Assembly: GCA_964187785.1 (NCBI GenBank) | Contig: OZ076413.1 | Span: forward strand, 42,036,001 to 42,100,000 | Length of the DNA stretch: 64,000 nucleotides | Direction: 5' to 3' | From: Amphiscolops sp. MND2022 | Lineage: Eukaryota | Shown: positions 59,430 through 64,000 of the stretch, one piece after another | How the letters are laid out: the number at the start of each line of letters is the position of its first letter | Position numbering within the stretch: position 1 is the stretch's first letter | The notes under the pieces: model-generated | The model's database searches: none | What the model was told of the DNA's origin: nothing | Seen by the model: the letters and a program-made list of their open reading frames with translations, nothing else | Program-made: the position numbers and the translations under genes

Positions 59430-61175
59430 TTCTTCCTACTTTTCTTCCGTCCACGACAGGGGCAAGGTTTCAGCTGAAAGGCCAAAAACCGGTGTCTCAA
59501 ATTCGCCACCAGACCCCCGATCCCCTAGAGGAAGGGCGTCACCAGCGTGAGGAGCACGGCGCTGATTACTGGGTGTACCATTGCTTGCCACTGAAGTGGT
59601 GCATGTCGCTTCATCATGATCAATTCAGCGGAGGGGCGCTTGATTCGCTTCAGTTCTTCTTGATCAAACGCATTCTCTGGTAGTTCCAAAAAATTTATTT
59701 TCAAACCACACAGGAGGTCTACATGTATGGTAGTTCTAAGTTCTTTTGGAAGGGTCCAATCGGTGTCTTCGGCAAGAAATGCTTCTGGAACCGTGAACGT
59801 GGATGCAAGTTCGGCCTGATGGTAACATGCAGCCCTGCCTCATGCTGGCATTCTCTTGGATCGGGATTCAGCACAAGGCTGTCATCCGGGATCTAAAGTC
59901 GTTCTCCACATGCGGGTCCTAAGAAGCAGCTCCTGGAACACTTCCTCTCTCCACGACTCTTTGCTTAAGAAAAGCTGTTCCTTCCATCTGATTGGAGGAA
60001 CTCTGGTTCTGCTCAAATACATGCCTGGTAGCGGTTTTTCCGTGGCCTATGAGCAGTCGGAATGGCACCGTTTCGTAAACCCTGTATAAACCATTTGCAT
60101 AATGCATCAGTATAATTAAGAGCACGTTTATGGACGAGTCTGTCATAACCACAGTCTCCACCAATTCAAATCCGAAATACGCAGATAGCTCCGCCCGAGG
60201 TATCGCTTCCTGCTTTCCATCATTTTGAATGCTGTTCACTACTTTCAAGAGGGCTTTCCTGGGAATCAGCGCCGCCGCAGGTGTGAACCCCTTCGCTGAA
60301 TGAAATCGCTTCCAGAGCGTCATCAAAATGTCCCTAGAGTTGTGCAGTCCTACCTGAAAATGCAAAAAAATCAGCACAGAGCGTCTGAAGCTATTGAGGA
60401 TGGTTGAATGGGATAAAGGTCTATCGTGCCGCTTCGACAATTTCATGCTCACGTTTGCCACAAACATCCGCAAATTCTGCATGAGACTTTCCACCAGACA
60501 TTGTCTCGAACATTGTTCTCATTTATTGAAGTGTCAATTCAAGTCGTATTCGAGAAGGCGCTGTCTTGCTTGGGTTCTGTTCAGTCAGAGGCCCGCCGGT
60601 GGTTCGTTCGACAGACTCCAATATAACTGTTCGGGCGAAAATGTCCGTGTCTGTGAGTTTTTGGGTAAACTCATCACAGCGGCCAAAACATCGCACACAA
60701 ATGTGAAAGGACAGAAGCCGTCCAAGGCAGTTCGAGGTAGTAACGACACTGCGGCCGCTCTCGCTATTAACAATGTCATCGGACCTTGTGTATCTCAGCC
60801 TGAATGGGATTCAGTGTGTCTAATGTATGTTTCGGCTAGCTTGCGCATTTCATTGACGTTTTCATTACTTCCAAATAGGCTTTCTCTACATTCTTCAATC
60901 CCAAAAACGTCACATTGTAGAGTACGTGTGTGTGATCTCGTCATTCGCGCGAATTTTCACCATAACAGTTTCAGGAGACACGAGATTTGTACTGGAATTA
61001 TTGAAACACTAGACCCAATTGTTTAGAGAAAGGAGTAACCCATGCAGCTTCCAACGAATTAGCTACGATAACATGGTTTTCTGGGTGAAGGCCACCCCTG
61101 CAGTACTGTTGTAATCCAAAAGTTTTGCTGTTGCGGAACCCCAACAAATCAGCAACAAGATCGAAACAGATTTTA
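59430..61175 (-). pseudogene. env: env-like fusion glycoprotein family 2, near full-length decayed copy
   Basis: Signal-like SVSILLLICWGSATA; ALIPRKALLKVV..AIPRAELSAYFGFELV (cf. env1 LAIPTSDLLSYYDSRLL); ECQHEAGLHVTI and PENAFDQEELKRI..HPVISAVLLTLV align with 38330-39121. Confidence 0.7.
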
Positions 61176-62019
61176 CCAAGCAACTGTTTTGAGCTTGGTT
61201 AGTCTACTAAATGATGGCGACTTATAAACTTTTCGAACTATCGAACGACCCGGTGTCCTGCAATTCAATGTCCCACACAAACAGGATCTCGATCTTCCAA
61301 GTGATACGGAGTAGAGGCATATGGGACCAGTATCGCGGCAGAGGGTGTACGAACAGAGGGTTAAACCACATCACCTTATAAAGTCATTCTGAGAGCTAAG
61401 CACACGTGAAGTCAAAGGTAGTGTGAGCATTTTGGTTACATCTTAGTTCTATCATACAAGCAATGGCTTTGAAGAAAGGACTTATAAACAAGAGGTGGTT
61501 CGGCTAAGTTAACCAGCTACTGAGTGATCTCAGTTATGTAATTGTTCATATTGATCAACGTATAATTAGATTTTTTGAGCGAACTTTATAAAATATTATA
61601 ACATACTAAATTGAAAAACCTAGTGTGACAAGCCGAAAAACTTCCATTCGGAACTTCTCAAAGACTACTTAACGCACAGACATGAAGGTTGGAACATGAG
61701 CAGATGAGCTACTTGTTTATGAAGTAGGAAGTGGGTCACCGGCTATTAGCACCGGAAGTGCAGCAGGTCGACTCCCTACGGACGCATCGGCAAAGCTCGT
61801 AGTAAGTCATATTATATAGATAAGGATATGACAGCCCATAGAATAGTAAACCATTCGCGTATTTCTTCAGAACCCTAAGACAGGCATAGGGGGAGCACAG
61901 AGCCTATGTACACAACCCCGAATGTTATGTAAACCTTCACCAGTTGATCCAATGATCATCGAACTTATCGTTTGTACACTATCAACGAACAAATGTCGAA
62001 CATATAGCTTTAGTTAGAA

Positions 62020-62260
62020 TACGGATCCCCCTTTCAGTTTTTTCCGCATTGTGACTTTTTTCGGAAAACTTTTGTCTTCAAAGGGTCCTCCTCAATTCTT
62101 TGATATTTTGCGACAAAATGGATGTTAAAAAATCCGAAAGAGTCCCCCTTTTAGCGTCCCAGTAGCCCACGAGCGCGCCCATTCGGTCCAACTTTTGGGT
62201 TTTTCGAGTACTGTAGAAGAGAATACTTGACATTTTGGCTATTTTGGAGCCCTTGATATG
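62020..62260 (+). repeat. Interspersed repeat family A fragment
   Basis: GGATCCCCCTTTCAGTTTTTCCGCATTGTGACTTTTT, AAAGGGTCCTCC and AATGGATGTTAAAAAATCC match copy 1. Confidence 0.7.
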
Positions 62261-62502
62261 GCACCAACTTATGCTGGTCTCGGCTTGTTCTATTATCATA
62301 TTGCATTGAAGTCATCAATAAATTTCACAGGAAAACTTTTTTTAAAATCAGTGGAGCCATTTATCGGATGTAAATTATTGACAATATTCCGATTGATATT
62401 ATTGAGCTCTAATTGACTGTATTTTCAGCTCTGCTTGACTGATCAACTCGTCGAAGCCTCAAGAAAAAAAGACAGTAGCAAAACAGCAATCAATTGATCG
62501 CA

Positions 62503-63410
62503 TAGGGTCCAAAGCGGACCGGTGTCGTCCGCCGTCCGCACTATCGGTCCGCCGTCCGCAGTCCGCATTTCTCAGAAATGCGGTCCACCGCTTTATGTGC
62601 ATGGCCGTACATTTCTGAGAAATAGGAATTAGGAATGTCACTTTAGCTGCTGCGTTATTTATATAGCTACGTTGCGGATCAAATTTACTCTCTTTGCTTT
62701 TAAGAATTGTGCTTTTGGCTTTCAAGAATTGTGCATGGCTGCAAAAATTGTGCTGATTGGGTTACATTTTGTCAAAAGTACACATCCTTGAAGAATGGGG
62801 TAACCACGCCAGGAATCGGTACAAATGAGTTAGCATTTTACGAAAAGTATACTGTTATTTTCGTAACGGAAATTTTGCATTGTATTAACGGAAATTGTTC
62901 TGATATCTCTCCCAAAGCTAGACACTGGCTGGAATTGCTTTCCAATGACAGATTACAGGATTTAGATGAATTGGTAATGCAGCGCATGATTTCCTCAACC
63001 CCTGCCGATGAAACTGTTTCACGATTGAAACGATTTGCGGATTTGGTTCTATCAAAAATCATTCTGAGCGAAGCTGAAGTGGAGCGAGTGTTTTCGCGTC
63101 ACAAAAGTATCCACACGAAAATGAGATCCAAACTTGATCCAAGTATTGTTGAAAAAATTGTATTTGTAAGGTACAATGGTAAGAATGTAAAAATTGCGCC
63201 TCCTGAATTTTGTGCGGATGACACTTGCGCTGATGATGAATTTGAGGCACTTGAAAATGATGAATAATTTGTACTTTCATTATCAGTTTTGAAAATTAAT
63301 CTTCTTTTGAAGTTGTTTTTTTAAGAATGGTCCGCATGTTCGGTCCGTAGTCCGCGCCCTCCCGTCCGCAGTCCGTGAATTTATGGCGGACCGGACCATT
63401 TTGGACCAGT
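62503..63410 (+). mobile_element. Internally deleted hAT DNA transposon retaining the C-terminal dimerisation domain
   Basis: 8-bp direct flanks TGATCGCA (62495-62502 and 63411-63418), imperfect TIRs with GGTCCAAA core, many subterminal GTCCG(C) motifs, ORF 62707-63267 containing SEAEVERVFS..HTKMRSKL..VEKIVFVRYN. Confidence 0.85.
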
Positions 63411-64000
63411 TGATCGCATATTTCGGACCGTCTTCTCCAGAATTGATAATGGAAGTCAAAGAAAACATCTACAGGAACTTTATGAGAAACGCTTGAACAA
63501 ACATGGCCTAAAAACTCGAAAACCGCTAAGTATTGCGAAAAATGATCGAAACAAAAATCCCTTATATTTATTATAATTACTATTCATTCGATTTGGATCA
63601 AATGAGGTTTGAAAGATGATTAAACGCTGTCTTTAACTGTTCACTATTTTCTCATTTCAAATAGTGGCTATTTAGAATGAACCCAATGCCTTTCCTCGTG
63701 TATTGTGCTTTTCAGCCTCAATAACTCGCAATACATTCAATACTCGCAATGTAACTTTAACCTTTTCAATAATCAGATGTGATAATAATAAAGTTTCTGT
63801 GTTGCTCTTTTTTTAATTGTAAAACTCAAATAATTGTAAATGATTTCTCGCTTGCATTTAATTATTTTATGTATTCAAAATGAACAACTCGAAAGGTTTC
63901 AACAGATTGGCTTTTAAAAAGTAGTATCAGGTGGAATTACTTCCTCTTTGCTAACTGTCTGTATACGAGTCTTTTCGATGCACAAATGTCCAAGATGTTT

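Overview
AT-rich eukaryotic (invertebrate-like animal) genomic DNA, not prokaryotic; the organism cannot be determined from the sequence. Bases 1-16 kb are intergenic with several copies of one interspersed repeat family, a tRNA-like fragment and small tandem/inverted repeats. There are two probable host genes on the + strand: a two-exon secreted leucine-rich-repeat gene (16238-19594) and a ~6.8-kb single-ORF B-box/coiled-coil protein with a huge acidic disordered tail (23527-30342). From ~31 kb to ~62 kb the window is a nest of decayed Ty3/gypsy (Metaviridae-like) LTR retroelements whose gag/pol/env and LTRs all lie on the - strand. The most notable result is that these are unusually complex, virus-like elements. 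The best-preserved one (46962-58581, LTRs differing at 8 of 326 nt) has the order LTR-PBS-(gag deleted)-protease-RT-RNaseH-integrase-TARG1/OARD1-type macrodomain-[antisense integrase-Zn-finger + OTU-like cysteine protease]-unknown ORF-[antisense small membrane protein]-class I fusion env (signal peptide, RQRR furin site, fusion peptide, TM)-PPT-LTR. The antisense Zn-finger+OTU gene occurs in three diverged copies, a second divergent env family occurs twice, and several further unknown ORF families show protein-level conservation between copies. A deleted hAT DNA transposon lies at 62503-63410. All domain calls are from motif recognition by eye, not database searches, and all retroelement ORFs are disrupted.
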